DNA of 64,000 nucleotides from Oscillospiraceae bacterium (GCA_015064205.1 SVSR01000001.1:55840-119839); one strand, 5' to 3'; shown: positions 27,384-37,340, counted from the stretch's first letter. Notes: generated by a model from the letters alone, not told the origin. A program made the numbers and translations.

Positions 27384-27475
27384 TTTAATAACTCACCTTT
27401 CGCGGTTTATATTTATCGGGGGACACTTGTGTGGAAACTATAAAAAGTATAACTATATTCATAACAGAGTCGTCA

Positions 27476-28156
27476 ATGCTCGGAGTATTCGTCAATTTTA
27501 TCGCGGTGCTCCTTGGAGCTTCTGTGGGGCTTTTGCTTAAACGGGGAATACCCGACAGAATAGGAGATACGATAATGAAGGGCCTTTCGCTATGCGTTCT
27601 CGTTATCGGAGTTCAGGGAGTTATGAAAGGGCAGAATTCTCTGATAACTATTCTTTCGGTTGCAATAGGCGGACTTTTGGGAGAGCTTTTACGTCTTGAT
27701 GACTTCATGATATGGCTTGGGAACGCTGTTGAAAAAAGGCTTAAGAGTAAAAACCAAGAAGGCTCTGTTGCACGCGGCTTTGTTAGCTCAAGCTTGTTGT
27801 TTATAGTCGGTGCCATGGCGGTTGTAGGCTCGCTTCAGAGCGGTCTTGCGCACGATCACAGCACAGTGTTTGCTAAAAGCACTATCGACTCCATATCGGC
27901 CGTAATATTTGCTTCTTCAATGGGAATAGGGGTGCTGTTTTCGGCTTTTGCCGTACTTATATATCAAGGTGCGCTTACCTTGTTTGCGGGCTTTCTTGCT
28001 CCGATACTAAACGACGTAGTTATATCCGAAATGACCGCTGCAGGCTCTGTACTTATCATCGGTCTTTCATTTAATATGCTCGGGCTTACTAAAATAAAGG
28101 TGGTAAATTACCTGCCCGCGATATTTCTGCCTATACTTTTTTGCATGTTCATGTAA
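27476..28156 (+). CDS. DUF554 family membrane protein
   Basis: The track ORF opens at GTG 27431. ATG 27476 gives MLGVFVNFIAVLLGASVGLLLKRGIPDRIGDTIMKG, a typical DUF554 N-terminus. The start choice is uncertain. Confidence 0.8.
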   Translation: MLGVFVNFIAVLLGASVGLLLKRGIPDRIGDTIMKGLSLCVLVIGVQGVMKGQNSLITILSVAIGGLLGELLRLDDFMIWLGNAVEKRLKSKNQEGSVARGFVSSSLLFIVGAMAVVGSLQSGLAHDHSTVFAKSTIDSISAVIFASSMGIGVLFSAFAVLIYQGALTLFAGFLAPILNDVVISEMTAAGSVLIIGLSFNMLGLTKIKVVNYLPAIFLPILFCMFM

Positions 28157-28313
28157 TGTTTACGGGAGTTTGCGATACCGTAATTTTATTATCGCCAAAT
28201 ATTCACAAAGTATTCAAAAAGAACAGTTATACTTTAACTTGAGTGGTTTGTGACATAAACAGGAATTTAATGAAAATAATAAGTAATAAATCTGAAAGGA
28301 AACGTGTTAAGAA

Positions 28314-31040
28314 ATGAGCAAGCTGCCTATGAAATCCAAAAGCTCAAAGCAAACGTCTGCAACAGCAAAAAAAGTGTTTACCTATATACTAAACACTTTG
28401 TTGACACTTATACTGATACTTTTTATAACGGGTATCATAGTCGGATGTGCGTTTGCCGTATATATCAATACTTATCTTGACCCTGAAATAGACGAGTCGC
28501 TGTTAAACGTTGGGCAGAGCCTCACTTCAAAGATATATTACTATGATTATGAGGACCGCGAATACAGAATAGGCGAAGCGATAGAGATAGAGGACCAGCG
28601 CCTTTACGGCGCACAGAATAACATCTGGGTAAGCTACACCGATATCCCTGAAGACCTCGTTGACGCTTTTGTGTCAATAGAGGATCACCGTTTCTGGGAG
28701 CACAGCGGAGTAGACTGGTACAGAACTGCCGGAGCCGTTGTTAATTTTGCAACTTCATATACAAGCCGCTACGGCGGATCAACGATAACTCAGCAGCTTA
28801 TAAAGAATCTTACAAAGGACGACGACGTTACCATACAGCGTAAGGTTCAGGAGATACTCCGGGCTCTCAATCTTGAAAAGAAAAAAGAAAAGACTGAGAT
28901 AATGGAGATGTACTTAAATACTATATTTCTTTCGCAGAACTGTAACGGTGTTCAGGCGGCGGCATATACGTATTTCGGTAAAGATGTCTCTGAACTGACG
29001 CTTATAGAGTGCGCCGCAATAGCGAGCATTACAAATGCGCCAACTAAATACGATCCTGTTTTAAATCCCGATAATAATGCTCAAAGACGTAATACCGTTC
29101 TTGATATGATGCTCAAACACGAAAAAATAACCAAGGAAGAGTATGACTCGGCTTACGGCAAAGAGCTTGAGCTCAATTATAAGGGACGCGCTGTAACAAC
29201 GGCAAGCACGTCAAACAGCTGGTACACCGATGCGGTTATCGAAGACGTTATAGACGCGCTTGTGGAAGAATACGGATTTACAAGCGAATATGCGTCCAAC
29301 CTTGTTTGGTCGGGGGGACTTCAGATATACACGCTTATGGATCCTGATATTCAGAAGGTCCTTGAAGAGGTATATGAGAACGAAAACAGCTTCCCCAAAG
29401 CAAATAACGCGGTACAGCCTGAATCGGCTATGACGATAATCGATCCCAAGACCGGCGACGTGCTCGCTCTTGTGGGCGGCAGAGGCGAGAAGGTAAGCAA
29501 CAGAATACTTAACCGTGCAACGCAGACAACGCGTTCGCCCGGTTCTTCGATAAAGCCTTTGTCTGTATACGGCCCGGCGCTTGAATACGGGCTTATCACC
29601 TACGGCAGCGTATTTGACGACGTACCTGTAACCTTTAATTCCAAGGAATATTCCGAAAAAGCACTTGAAGCTCTCCCTAAGGATGAGAACGGCGAGACGG
29701 TATTCCCCGATCCGACACCTTATCCGAAAAATCTTCCTTACGTTTATAACGGACTTACAACTGTTCACGATGCGCTTCGCCGCTCGGTAAACACCATTTC
29801 TGTAAGAATACTCGACAGGCTTGGTATCGAGGAGTCTTTTGACTTTGTTAAAAATAAGCTTCATATGGATAGCTTTATTGAATACACCGATGTTAACGGA
29901 AGAATACTTTCTGATAAGACTGTATCTGCTCTTGCGATGGGAGGTATGACGTATGGCGTTAACGTTCTTGAAATGACGGCAGGATATCAGATATTTGCCA
30001 ATAACGGTGTATACAACAAGCCTAGAATGTGGGATAAGGTTGTAGACAGTAAGGGCAACGTTATACTTGAAAATAAGCCTGAAAGCGAAGTTATTATGAG
30101 CGAGCAGAATGCGTCTATAATGGTTAAAATGCTTCAGGACGTAGTAACCAGCGGTACTGCCGCAGATATCACACTTAAAAATAAGGTAAATACGGCAGGC
30201 AAGACGGGTACTACCAATGACGACTATGACCGTTGGTTCATAGGATTTACTCCTTATTATGTTGCCGGAATATGGTTTGGCTATGATATACCCCAGTCGC
30301 TTGACAGTCTTTCGTTCAGCCCCACAACAGTACCGTGGGATAACGTGATGACAAAGCTGCACGAGGATATAATAGCCGAAGCGGCGGCAGGCGGAGAACC
30401 GATCAAAAAATTCAAGATCGCCGACGGCGTTACGACTGCAGAATACTGCCGTGATTCAGGAAAGCTTTTGACTGAAGCGTGCAGAAACGACCCTAGAGGA
30501 AACCGCAAGGAAACAGGTTATTTTACAAGCTCAACGGTGCCTACCGAATACTGTGACTGCCATGTTCTCGTTGAGTACGATTCTGTTACGGGCGGAGTTG
30601 TAGTAGGCGACTGTCCCGAAGAGAATATTGTCAAGGTTGGTATGATACAGGTTGAGAGAAACTTCCCGATAGAGATAACGGTAACAGACGCTCAGTACGT
30701 ATATAAACCGCTTAGTAAAGGTCTTGAACCCGGACTTTGGTGGGGTGTTCCGTTCTTTGAAAACGCGATACCCGAAAAAACTTACGTTGGAATTACAAAC
30801 TTAAACGGCGGAAGACAGTTCAACTCAGCATGCTATGAGCATTATGACGAGACAAACTCCTCTGACTTTGAAGATGAGTCTGATTCTGAGGAAGTAACAG
30901 ACGAGCTTATAGAGCCTGACCCTGATAATGAAAAATTCGAGGATGAAGACGGAAGCAACGAAACCGAAGATAGTACAGACGAAAGAGAAACGGAAACGCA
31001 AGACTCGGATAAAACAATGCCGCCGTGGCTCGGAGTATGA
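28314..31040 (+). CDS. Class A (PBP1A-type) bifunctional penicillin-binding protein
   Basis: 908 aa. TM anchor, GT51 motifs (SIEDHRFWEHSGVD, GGSTITQQL), transpeptidase motifs (SPGSSIKP, KTGTT) and an acidic low-complexity C-terminal tail. Confidence 0.93.
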   Translation: MSKLPMKSKSSKQTSATAKKVFTYILNTLLTLILILFITGIIVGCAFAVYINTYLDPEIDESLLNVGQSLTSKIYYYDYEDREYRIGEAIEIEDQRLYGAQNNIWVSYTDIPEDLVDAFVSIEDHRFWEHSGVDWYRTAGAVVNFATSYTSRYGGSTITQQLIKNLTKDDDVTIQRKVQEILRALNLEKKKEKTEIMEMYLNTIFLSQNCNGVQAAAYTYFGKDVSELTLIECAAIASITNAPTKYDPVLNPDNNAQRRNTVLDMMLKHEKITKEEYDSAYGKELELNYKGRAVTTASTSNSWYTDAVIEDVIDALVEEYGFTSEYASNLVWSGGLQIYTLMDPDIQKVLEEVYENENSFPKANNAVQPESAMTIIDPKTGDVLALVGGRGEKVSNRILNRATQTTRSPGSSIKPLSVYGPALEYGLITYGSVFDDVPVTFNSKEYSEKALEALPKDENGETVFPDPTPYPKNLPYVYNGLTTVHDALRRSVNTISVRILDRLGIEESFDFVKNKLHMDSFIEYTDVNGRILSDKTVSALAMGGMTYGVNVLEMTAGYQIFANNGVYNKPRMWDKVVDSKGNVILENKPESEVIMSEQNASIMVKMLQDVVTSGTAADITLKNKVNTAGKTGTTNDDYDRWFIGFTPYYVAGIWFGYDIPQSLDSLSFSPTTVPWDNVMTKLHEDIIAEAAAGGEPIKKFKIADGVTTAEYCRDSGKLLTEACRNDPRGNRKETGYFTSSTVPTEYCDCHVLVEYDSVTGGVVVGDCPEENIVKVGMIQVERNFPIEITVTDAQYVYKPLSKGLEPGLWWGVPFFENAIPEKTYVGITNLNGGRQFNSACYEHYDETNSSDFEDESDSEEVTDELIEPDPDNEKFEDEDGSNETEDSTDERETETQDSDKTMPPWLGV

Positions 31041-31053
31041 ACCGAATAAAAAT

Positions 31054-31090
31054 AAAAATCACCTCATACGATATTATGAGGTGATTTTTT
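31054..31090 (+). terminator. Rho-independent terminator after the PBP gene
   Basis: AAAAATCACCTCATA-CGATAT-TATGAGGTGATTTTT followed by T. The stem is 15 bp and perfect. Its 3' arm contains GAGGTGA, the only SD-like sequence for the tspO ATG at 31091. Confidence 0.8.
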
Positions 31091-31609
31091 ATGAAAAAAT
31101 GCTCGCTTAAAAATAAACTGCTCTGCGAGATGAGCTCTTTTAATCTGAAAACGGTTGTTTTATGTGCGATCTTATGTCTTGTTCTCGGAATAATCTCAGG
31201 CTTTGTGTCCGGAGGATTTGATCTATACAGCAATCTATGTCTGCCACAAGCTGCACCGCCTGCTTTTGTATTTCCTATAATATGGAGCATATTGTACGTT
31301 CTTATAGGCGCTGCTACGGGAATTATAATATCAAACAGGGACAAATGCTTTAAGGTTTCAAAATCCAGAGGGCTTTTGTATTTTGGTGTAATGTTCTTGC
31401 TTAATCTTTTGTGGTCGCCCATATTTTTTGGAGCAGAACTTTTTTTTGTTGCCCTTGTTGTGCTTGTAGCGATGATAGTGCTTACCTTTTTCGTTGTTCT
31501 TTGTTACAGTAATATAAGCTTTATAAGCGCTCTTATAATGTTTATATACTGGCTCTGGCTCTTTTTTGCGGCGTATCTTAATCTCGCTATTATATTTCTC
31601 AATTCTTAA
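31091..31609 (+). CDS. tspO: TspO/MBR family tryptophan-rich sensory protein
   Basis: 172 aa with five predicted TM segments. PPAFVFPIIWSILYVLIGAA and NLLWSPIFFG match the family. An alternative start exists at 31133. Confidence 0.8.
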   Translation: MKKCSLKNKLLCEMSSFNLKTVVLCAILCLVLGIISGFVSGGFDLYSNLCLPQAAPPAFVFPIIWSILYVLIGAATGIIISNRDKCFKVSKSRGLLYFGVMFLLNLLWSPIFFGAELFFVALVVLVAMIVLTFFVVLCYSNISFISALIMFIYWLWLFFAAYLNLAIIFLNS

Positions 31610-31624
31610 AAAGTATTAAATATA

Positions 31625-31653
31625 TTGACAAAAGTCAAAAAAAATAGTATAAT
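31625..31653 (+). promoter_or_regulatory. Consensus sigma-A promoter of the DUF4430 lipoprotein gene
   Basis: TTGACA (31625-31630), 17-nt spacer, TATAAT (31648-31653). Confidence 0.65.
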
Positions 31654-31739
31654 TTTAAAAGGAAGTAAAAGGGCGGAGCGGTTGCTCTTTCAAACTAAGA
31701 ATGATGAAAACAAAACCGCTATGCAAAACGGAGGTCTGT

Positions 31740-32483
31740 ATGAAAAAAATTAGAATACTCGCTCTTGTATTAGTTATCGTGCTTGCAGCATGTTCTCTTT
31801 ATTCCTGCGGCAAGGACGACACTGTAAAAGAGGGCGATATGAATGTAAACATTATAATCAGCTCTGATGAATACGGCGTGCTTGCGGAGGGCGTTGTCGG
31901 TGTTGGCGAGGGCGCTACTGTAATCGACGCTATGGTTACATATTGCGATAGGGAGGGCATTGAGTATAAACTCAATGCCGAGATGGATACTATTGAGTCT
32001 CTCGGTTCATACAAAGAAGTTGTACGTAACAAGCTCGGATATTACTGGCAGTATAAGCTTGACGGCAAGGAACCCAAAGGCCGTGCCGGAGAAAACACAG
32101 TAACCGAAGGAAGCGAAGTTGTGTATAACTATACGTTCATTCCAACAGGCGATTATGTAAATGTAAGATTTGAGGCTGAGGGCGAAGTTATCGTTGAAAA
32201 TACAGTGGTTGTGTTTGATGCGGGCGATACACTTCTCGATGCTGCATTTGATGCACTCAAGAGAGCAGAGTTTGATTACGATAAAACCGCCGACGGTTTG
32301 AACCTTGACTATGTTGACGATTATACAACAAAGGTAACTCCCGTTTACGATGAAATGTGGAAGGTTACCGTAAACGGCAAGGCGGTTGATGGAAATCACG
32401 ACGACATTGCAGTTGCAAGCAACGATGATATAGTGTTTACCTTTACAAGAGTTGAAAAGGAAGCAGCAGATATACAGGCATAA
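31740..32483 (+). CDS. Lipoprotein with two DUF4430-like domains
   Basis: The start was moved to ATG 31740 (SD GGAGG). Lipobox LAACSLYSC. Two repeats end ...EVVYNYTF and ...DIVFTFT, resembling DUF4430. Confidence 0.7.
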   Translation: MKKIRILALVLVIVLAACSLYSCGKDDTVKEGDMNVNIIISSDEYGVLAEGVVGVGEGATVIDAMVTYCDREGIEYKLNAEMDTIESLGSYKEVVRNKLGYYWQYKLDGKEPKGRAGENTVTEGSEVVYNYTFIPTGDYVNVRFEAEGEVIVENTVVVFDAGDTLLDAAFDALKRAEFDYDKTADGLNLDYVDDYTTKVTPVYDEMWKVTVNGKAVDGNHDDIAVASNDDIVFTFTRVEKEAADIQA

Positions 32484-32489
32484 TTATAT

Positions 32490-32526
32490 TCTCCGCCCAT
32501 ATTCCGGGCGGAGAAATTTTATTTTA
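32490..32526 (+). terminator. Rho-independent terminator
   Basis: TCTCCGCCC-ATATTCC-GGGCGGAGA followed by AATTTTATTTT. Confidence 0.8.
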
Positions 32527-32543
32527 TAATATCTATTATAAAC

Positions 32544-32572
32544 TTGACAAATATGGGAAAAATCTGTATAAT
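32544..32572 (+). promoter_or_regulatory. Consensus sigma-A promoter of fba
   Basis: TTGACA (32544-32549), 17-nt spacer, TATAAT (32567-32572). Confidence 0.7.
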
Positions 32573-32652
32573 ATTCTTTGGAGTAAAATGTAAAGATTAT
32601 ATACAAGTTCAAAACCAAATAAACTTGTAAAAAAGAAAGGGACGGTATAAAA

Positions 32653-33516
32653 ATGTTAGTATCTGCAAGAGAAATGTTATTAAAGGCTAAAGAAGGTAAG
32701 TATGCTGTCGGTCAGTTCAATATCAACAACCTTGAATGGACCAAGGCTATACTCCAGACAGCACAGGAATTAAATTCCCCTGTAATTCTCGGTGTATCCG
32801 AGGGCGCAGGCAAATATATGTGCGGATATAACACCATCGTTGGTATGGTAAAGGGTATGATCGATACACTCGGTATCACAGTACCCGTTGCGCTTCACCT
32901 TGACCACGGCAGCTATGAGCATGCATACAAGGTAATGGAAGCCGGTTTTTCCTCTGTAATGTTCGACGGTTCGCACTATGCAATAGATGAGAATATTGAA
33001 AAGACAAAGGAAATCATCAGAGTAGCTCACGAAAAGGGCATATCTGTTGAAGCTGAGGTTGGCTCTATCGGCGGCGAAGAAGACGGCGTTATCGGCGGCG
33101 GCGAGGTTGCAGACGTTAACGAATGCAAGATGATCGCAGATCTCGGCGTTGATATGCTTGCTGCAGGTATCGGTAACATTCACGGTAAGTACCCTGAAAA
33201 CTGGGCAGGACTTCGTTTTGACGTTCTTGAAGAAATTTCAAAGGCAACATCACCCATGCCTCTCGTTCTTCACGGCGGTACAGGTATTCCCGAGGATATG
33301 ATAAAGAAGGCTATCTCTCTTGGCGTATCCAAGATCAATGTTAACACAGAATGCCAGCTTGCTTTTGCAAAGGCAACAAGAGAATATGTTGAAGCAGGCA
33401 AGGACCTTCAGGGTAAGGGCTTTGACCCCAGAAAGCTTCTTGCAGACGGCGTTGAAGCTATAAAGGCAACAGTTAAGGAAAAGATGGAACTCTTCGGTTC
33501 TGTTAACAAGGCTTAA
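32653..33516 (+). CDS. fba: Class II fructose-1,6-bisphosphate aldolase
   Basis: 287 aa. YAVGQFNINNLEW, LHLDHG, MFDGS and NIHGKY motifs. Confidence 0.95.
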   Translation: MLVSAREMLLKAKEGKYAVGQFNINNLEWTKAILQTAQELNSPVILGVSEGAGKYMCGYNTIVGMVKGMIDTLGITVPVALHLDHGSYEHAYKVMEAGFSSVMFDGSHYAIDENIEKTKEIIRVAHEKGISVEAEVGSIGGEEDGVIGGGEVADVNECKMIADLGVDMLAAGIGNIHGKYPENWAGLRFDVLEEISKATSPMPLVLHGGTGIPEDMIKKAISLGVSKINVNTECQLAFAKATREYVEAGKDLQGKGFDPRKLLADGVEAIKATVKEKMELFGSVNKA

Positions 33517-33531
33517 TTCAGTTAATACAAT

Positions 33532-33567
33532 AAAAACGGTGCGGAAAACTCCGCACCGTTTTTATTA
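33532..33567 (+). terminator. Rho-independent terminator after fba
   Basis: AACGGTGCGG-AAAACT-CCGCACCGTT followed by TTTATT. Confidence 0.85.
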
Positions 33568-33597
33568 CATAGGAAATTTTGTTAGCAATTGCTTGTA

Positions 33598-33660
33598 ACA
33601 AAAAAGTCTACCTTAAAAATGTGAGCGCAGCGAACATTAGTTTCCAAAGGAGACTTTTTT
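33598..33660 (-). terminator. Composite hairpin plus U-run downstream of the minus-strand pyk-murD block
   Basis: On the minus strand: AAAAAAGTCTCC...GGTAGACTTTTTT, enclosing an inner AATGT/ACATT hairpin and followed by a T-run. Confidence 0.45.
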
Positions 33661-34024
33661 ATATTGCTTCAATTGTTGTTTTATAATATTTTTCCTGAAA
33701 TAACACAAGCTTTGTTATCTCATTACTTGTAAAGCGCATGCCGTCGGGCGCGCCGATAAGCTTATCCTCAACGTCGTTTTCTCTGTGAGCGATGCCGATT
33801 ATACGAACACGGCATTTCTCAACAGGCTTTTCTATTCCGAGCACGTACACGTCAAGCTCTTCGCCGTCACCGCCGATAACGTCGGGGATAAAACCGTAGT
33901 TAATAGGATAGTGAAGATCATAATCCTTTTTGTGATGAACATATCCAATAGGTCGGTCTATCTCAACATCAACAAGCTTGCCAAGATAGCTTTTAACCTG
34001 TGCTTTTCTTTCTTCAAACGTCAT
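33659..34024 (-). CDS. Small inorganic pyrophosphatase-family protein
   Basis: 121 aa. YPINYGFIP...GGDGEELDVYVLG resembles the family I PPase core, but the protein is shorter than a canonical Ppa. Confidence 0.65.
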   Translation of the reverse strand: MTFEERKAQVKSYLGKLVDVEIDRPIGYVHHKKDYDLHYPINYGFIPDVIGGDGEELDVYVLGIEKPVEKCRVRIIGIAHRENDVEDKLIGAPDGMRFTSNEITKLVLFQEKYYKTTIEAI

Positions 34025-34037
34025 ATATGCCCCTCTG

Positions 34038-35480
34038 TCAAAATTTGTTGACTATATCCTTGAAGAAGTTGCCACGCACCTCAAAGTTTTTGAATTTATC
34101 AAAGCTTGCCGAGGCAGGTGTAAGTATAACCGCTTCTCCCTCTTTTGCTATTTCACGCGCCTTGTTTACAGCTTTTTCAAAATTATCAATTACATAAATA
34201 TCGGGCAGAGCGCTCTTTGCTTCTTTGCTGTTTTCTATTGCAGACTTGATTTTCTCAGCCGTTGCTCCCGTAAGTACTACCGCACGAGTATGAGTGCAAA
34301 CGCAGTCGCCCATAACATCATAGGGGATATTCTTGTCATAACCGCCCATAATCGCTATGACTTTCTTATCAAAGGAGTTTAAAGCCGCCATTGTACGAGA
34401 GGGACTTGAATCTATTGAACTGTTGTAATACTTTACGCCGTCAAGCTCACGAACAAATTCAATTCTGTGCTCAACACCGCCAAAACTTGTGGCAATTTTC
34501 CCAAACACCGTGTTGTCAACTCTGCCGTAAAGCAGAGCTATTGCTGTCATGTAGTTTTCAATATTATGCTTGCCGGGAACGACTATGTCCGACTCGTTCA
34601 TTATAAACACACTTTCGCCGAGTTTTGCATCACGCACAAATATTTTGCCGTCTTTTTTGTAAACGGCAGTATATTTTTCGGGAATTTCTTCAATATTTCC
34701 CGACGTAAAGAAGCGCACTTCCACATCTGCAGAGGCGTCGTCAGCAAGTGTTCTTGTTATATCATTTATATAGTTAAGTACAATAATGCCACTCTCCATA
34801 AAGGAAAATATGCGGCGCTTTGAGTCGATATATTCATTATAGTCTGTATGCCAGTCAAGGTGATTGGGCGAAATATTAGTTATAACCGCCGCGTCAGGTG
34901 CGATCTCCATAGCGTGAAGCTGAAAGCTTGACAGTTCCAGAACGGCTATGTCGCTATCCTTGATTTCTTCAACCTGGGAGAGCAGAGGCTTACCTATGTT
35001 ACCGCCAACGTATACTGTGCGCCCGGTATCCTTATAATGCTCGCACATCATAAGATATGTTAGTGTTGTCGTGGTGGTCTTTCCGTCGCTTCCCGTTATG
35101 GCAAGCTTTTCACAGCCGGAAATTTTAAAGAAAAGCTCCATTTCGGAAGTAAGCACAGCACCTCTTTCAACTGCGAGAGGAAGCGCGCCTGCATCGCGTC
35201 TGATACCCGGCGCTTTGATTATAATATCCTCGTCAAAATTATTGAGATAATCCTTGCCTAAAAAGAGTTTGATATTCTTATCCTTCAAAGAGCTTATAAA
35301 ATCAGAGTCAAACTCGGCTTCTGTTTTCTTATCGTGTGCCGAAACGAGAGCACCGCCACGCAACAGAAAATCAATAAGTGGAGTGTTTGATATTCCAAGC
35401 CCCACGAGAGCCACTTTCTTGTTCTTTATAAAGCTTACGAATTGATCAAACTTTTTCAAGATGTCCTCTTTTCCGGCCAA
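34038..35480 (-). CDS. murD: UDP-N-acetylmuramoyl-L-alanine--D-glutamate ligase
   Basis: 480 aa. Rossmann VALVGLGISN, P-loop ITGSDGKTTTTT and GGYDKN in the C-domain. The ORF opens with TTG and has no clear SD, so the exact start is uncertain. Confidence 0.85.
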   Translation of the reverse strand: MAGKEDILKKFDQFVSFIKNKKVALVGLGISNTPLIDFLLRGGALVSAHDKKTEAEFDSDFISSLKDKNIKLFLGKDYLNNFDEDIIIKAPGIRRDAGALPLAVERGAVLTSEMELFFKISGCEKLAITGSDGKTTTTTLTYLMMCEHYKDTGRTVYVGGNIGKPLLSQVEEIKDSDIAVLELSSFQLHAMEIAPDAAVITNISPNHLDWHTDYNEYIDSKRRIFSFMESGIIVLNYINDITRTLADDASADVEVRFFTSGNIEEIPEKYTAVYKKDGKIFVRDAKLGESVFIMNESDIVVPGKHNIENYMTAIALLYGRVDNTVFGKIATSFGGVEHRIEFVRELDGVKYYNSSIDSSPSRTMAALNSFDKKVIAIMGGYDKNIPYDVMGDCVCTHTRAVVLTGATAEKIKSAIENSKEAKSALPDIYVIDNFEKAVNKAREIAKEGEAVILTPASASFDKFKNFEVRGNFFKDIVNKF

Positions 35481-35521
35481 AGGCCACAGATTCTTTTAAT
35501 AAAAGGATATGCAGTAGGAGA

Positions 35522-37273
35522 TTATTTGTAAATATCGCCGTTGAATACGATTCCCTTTTTGCAGTCGATCGTAACGGCAGTCTTGCTCTTTAAGATCTTG
35601 GTAGCACCTGCAGCACCCACAATTACGGGTATGTTAAGCGCTCTGCCGATAATAGCCGCGTGAGAATCAGCGCCGCCCTGCTCGCATATTATTCCTGCGG
35701 CATTTCTTATAACGTCAATGATTTTATTCGTTGTAAAGGGAATAACCAGAATAGTTCCGCTCTTGTAGTTTTTAAGCGCGTCATCGTCACTTGGACATAC
35801 GCAAAGCTCGCCGCAGACAATACCGTCTCCGATACCCATGCCCGTTGCAAGTGTGTCGCCGATTATAGCAACCTTTATCATATTGGTCGTGCCCGATATG
35901 CCAAGCGGAGTTCCTGCGGTAAGCACGGCAAGGTCGCCAAGCGAAACGAGCCCCTGCTCAATAGAGCGTGCAATTGCATGGTCGAAAAGATCGTCGGTGC
36001 TTTCTCGCTCTTCCATAACAAGAGGAGTAACACCCCAGGAAAGCATAAGCTGACGGCATGTTTTTTCAACGGGAGTGCAACCGATTATCATGGTTTTCGG
36101 TCTGAAACGACTTATCATTCTAAGCGTTTTACCGGATTTTGAAACGGCTATTATAGCCTTCGCGTCAAGGTCAAGCGAGGTTGTGCATGCCGCGTGCGAT
36201 ACGGCAGTTGTAACTCCTAAGAAGCCATGCGGTGCGAAACGCGAAAATCTGCTTGAATAGTCAATATCGCTTTCTGTTCGCTCGGCGATTTTTACCATGG
36301 TACGAACAACCTCAACCGGATGCTTACCGATGGCAGTTTCACCTGAAGTCATAATAGCGCTTGAACCGTCGTAAATTGCATTTGCAACGTCGGTTATTTC
36401 TGCACGCGTGGGGCGCGGATTGTACGTCATGCTTTCAAGCATCTGAGTTGCCGTTATAACAGGCTTTCCGGCCGTGTATGCCTTGGATATAATACTTTTT
36501 TGAATAACGGGTATCTCCTCAAGCGGAATCTCAACGCCAAGGTCGCCGCGGGCTACCATGATACCGTCGGCAACGCCGAGTATCTCGTCAATATTTTCAA
36601 CTCCGGCTCCGTTTTCTATCTTTGCTATTATCAGTATATCGTGGCAGTTATGCGCCTCAAGAAAATGACGTATCTTCAGAATATCGTCTGCGCATTGCGT
36701 AAATGACGCCGCTATAAAATCAAAATCTTCTTTTATACCGAATTCAATATCGGATTTGTCGCGATCAGAGAGAAAATCAAGCGAGAGATGTACTCCCGGA
36801 ACGTTTACGCTCTTGTTGTTTGAAACCTTGCCGCCGTTGATAACACGGCAGATTATCTCGCGAGAGTTTTTATCTTCAACCCTCATTTCGATAAGGCCGT
36901 CGTCAATAAGTATACGGCTGCCGACGTTTATATCTTTGTAAAGTCCTGTATGTGTAACCGAAACTTTACTTTCATCACCCTCGGTGTCGTACATACATAA
37001 TGTGAATGTTTGTCCCGCTTCAAGCGTAACGGGAGGATTTATAAAGGATTTCGTTCTGATCTCAGGGCCCTTTGTATCAAGAAGCAGAGGAGTGTGAGTT
37101 CCAAGCTTTTCTCTGAGAGCCTTGAATCTGTCTATCGTGATCTTGTGTTGCTCATGTGTTCCGTGCGAGAAATTAACTCTTGCCACGTCCATGCCTGCAA
37201 GCATCATTTCTTCAATTACTTTGTCTGATTCGCAAGCGGGGCCCAGCGTACATACTATTTTTGTTTTTTTCAT
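35522..37273 (-). CDS. pyk: Pyruvate kinase with C-terminal PEP-utilizer mobile domain
   Basis: 583 aa. KIVCTLGPA, MVARGDLGVEIP, and a C-terminal swivelling-domain-like GGADSHAAIIGRALNIPV. Confidence 0.96.
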   Translation of the reverse strand: MKKTKIVCTLGPACESDKVIEEMMLAGMDVARVNFSHGTHEQHKITIDRFKALREKLGTHTPLLLDTKGPEIRTKSFINPPVTLEAGQTFTLCMYDTEGDESKVSVTHTGLYKDINVGSRILIDDGLIEMRVEDKNSREIICRVINGGKVSNNKSVNVPGVHLSLDFLSDRDKSDIEFGIKEDFDFIAASFTQCADDILKIRHFLEAHNCHDILIIAKIENGAGVENIDEILGVADGIMVARGDLGVEIPLEEIPVIQKSIISKAYTAGKPVITATQMLESMTYNPRPTRAEITDVANAIYDGSSAIMTSGETAIGKHPVEVVRTMVKIAERTESDIDYSSRFSRFAPHGFLGVTTAVSHAACTTSLDLDAKAIIAVSKSGKTLRMISRFRPKTMIIGCTPVEKTCRQLMLSWGVTPLVMEERESTDDLFDHAIARSIEQGLVSLGDLAVLTAGTPLGISGTTNMIKVAIIGDTLATGMGIGDGIVCGELCVCPSDDDALKNYKSGTILVIPFTTNKIIDVIRNAAGIICEQGGADSHAAIIGRALNIPVIVGAAGATKILKSKTAVTIDCKKGIVFNGDIYK

Positions 37274-37340
37274 ATTAAAACCTGTCCTGTCATAGGTATA
37301 TATATAATTATTGTCTTTTTTTTATAAGTTAAACTTGTAA

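Noticed and set aside
28270-28317. A 15-codon uORF (MKIISNKSERKRVKK) whose TGA overlaps the PBP ATG as ATGA.
   Set aside because: It is very short, has only a weak AGGA SD and has no supporting conservation data. It is likely a chance ORF in AT-rich leader sequence.
29211-30362. A 383-aa ORF antisense to the PBP gene.
   Set aside because: It lies entirely inside a confidently identified CDS on the other strand. The product is low-complexity and rich in R/Y/K/I, with no motifs and no SD. It is a typical shadow ORF.
31654-31739. A possible cobalamin riboswitch upstream of the DUF4430 lipoprotein, since DUF4430 is often B12-linked.
   Set aside because: The leader is only about 80 nt. It contains a single 7-bp stem (AGCGGTT/AACCGCT) and nothing resembling a B12 box, so it is too short for a cobalamin aptamer.
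33567-33600. A near-palindrome TTGTTAGCAATTGCTTGTAACAA downstream of fba.
   Set aside because: It is imperfect and lies between two terminators of convergent units. There is no adjacent promoter for it to regulate.
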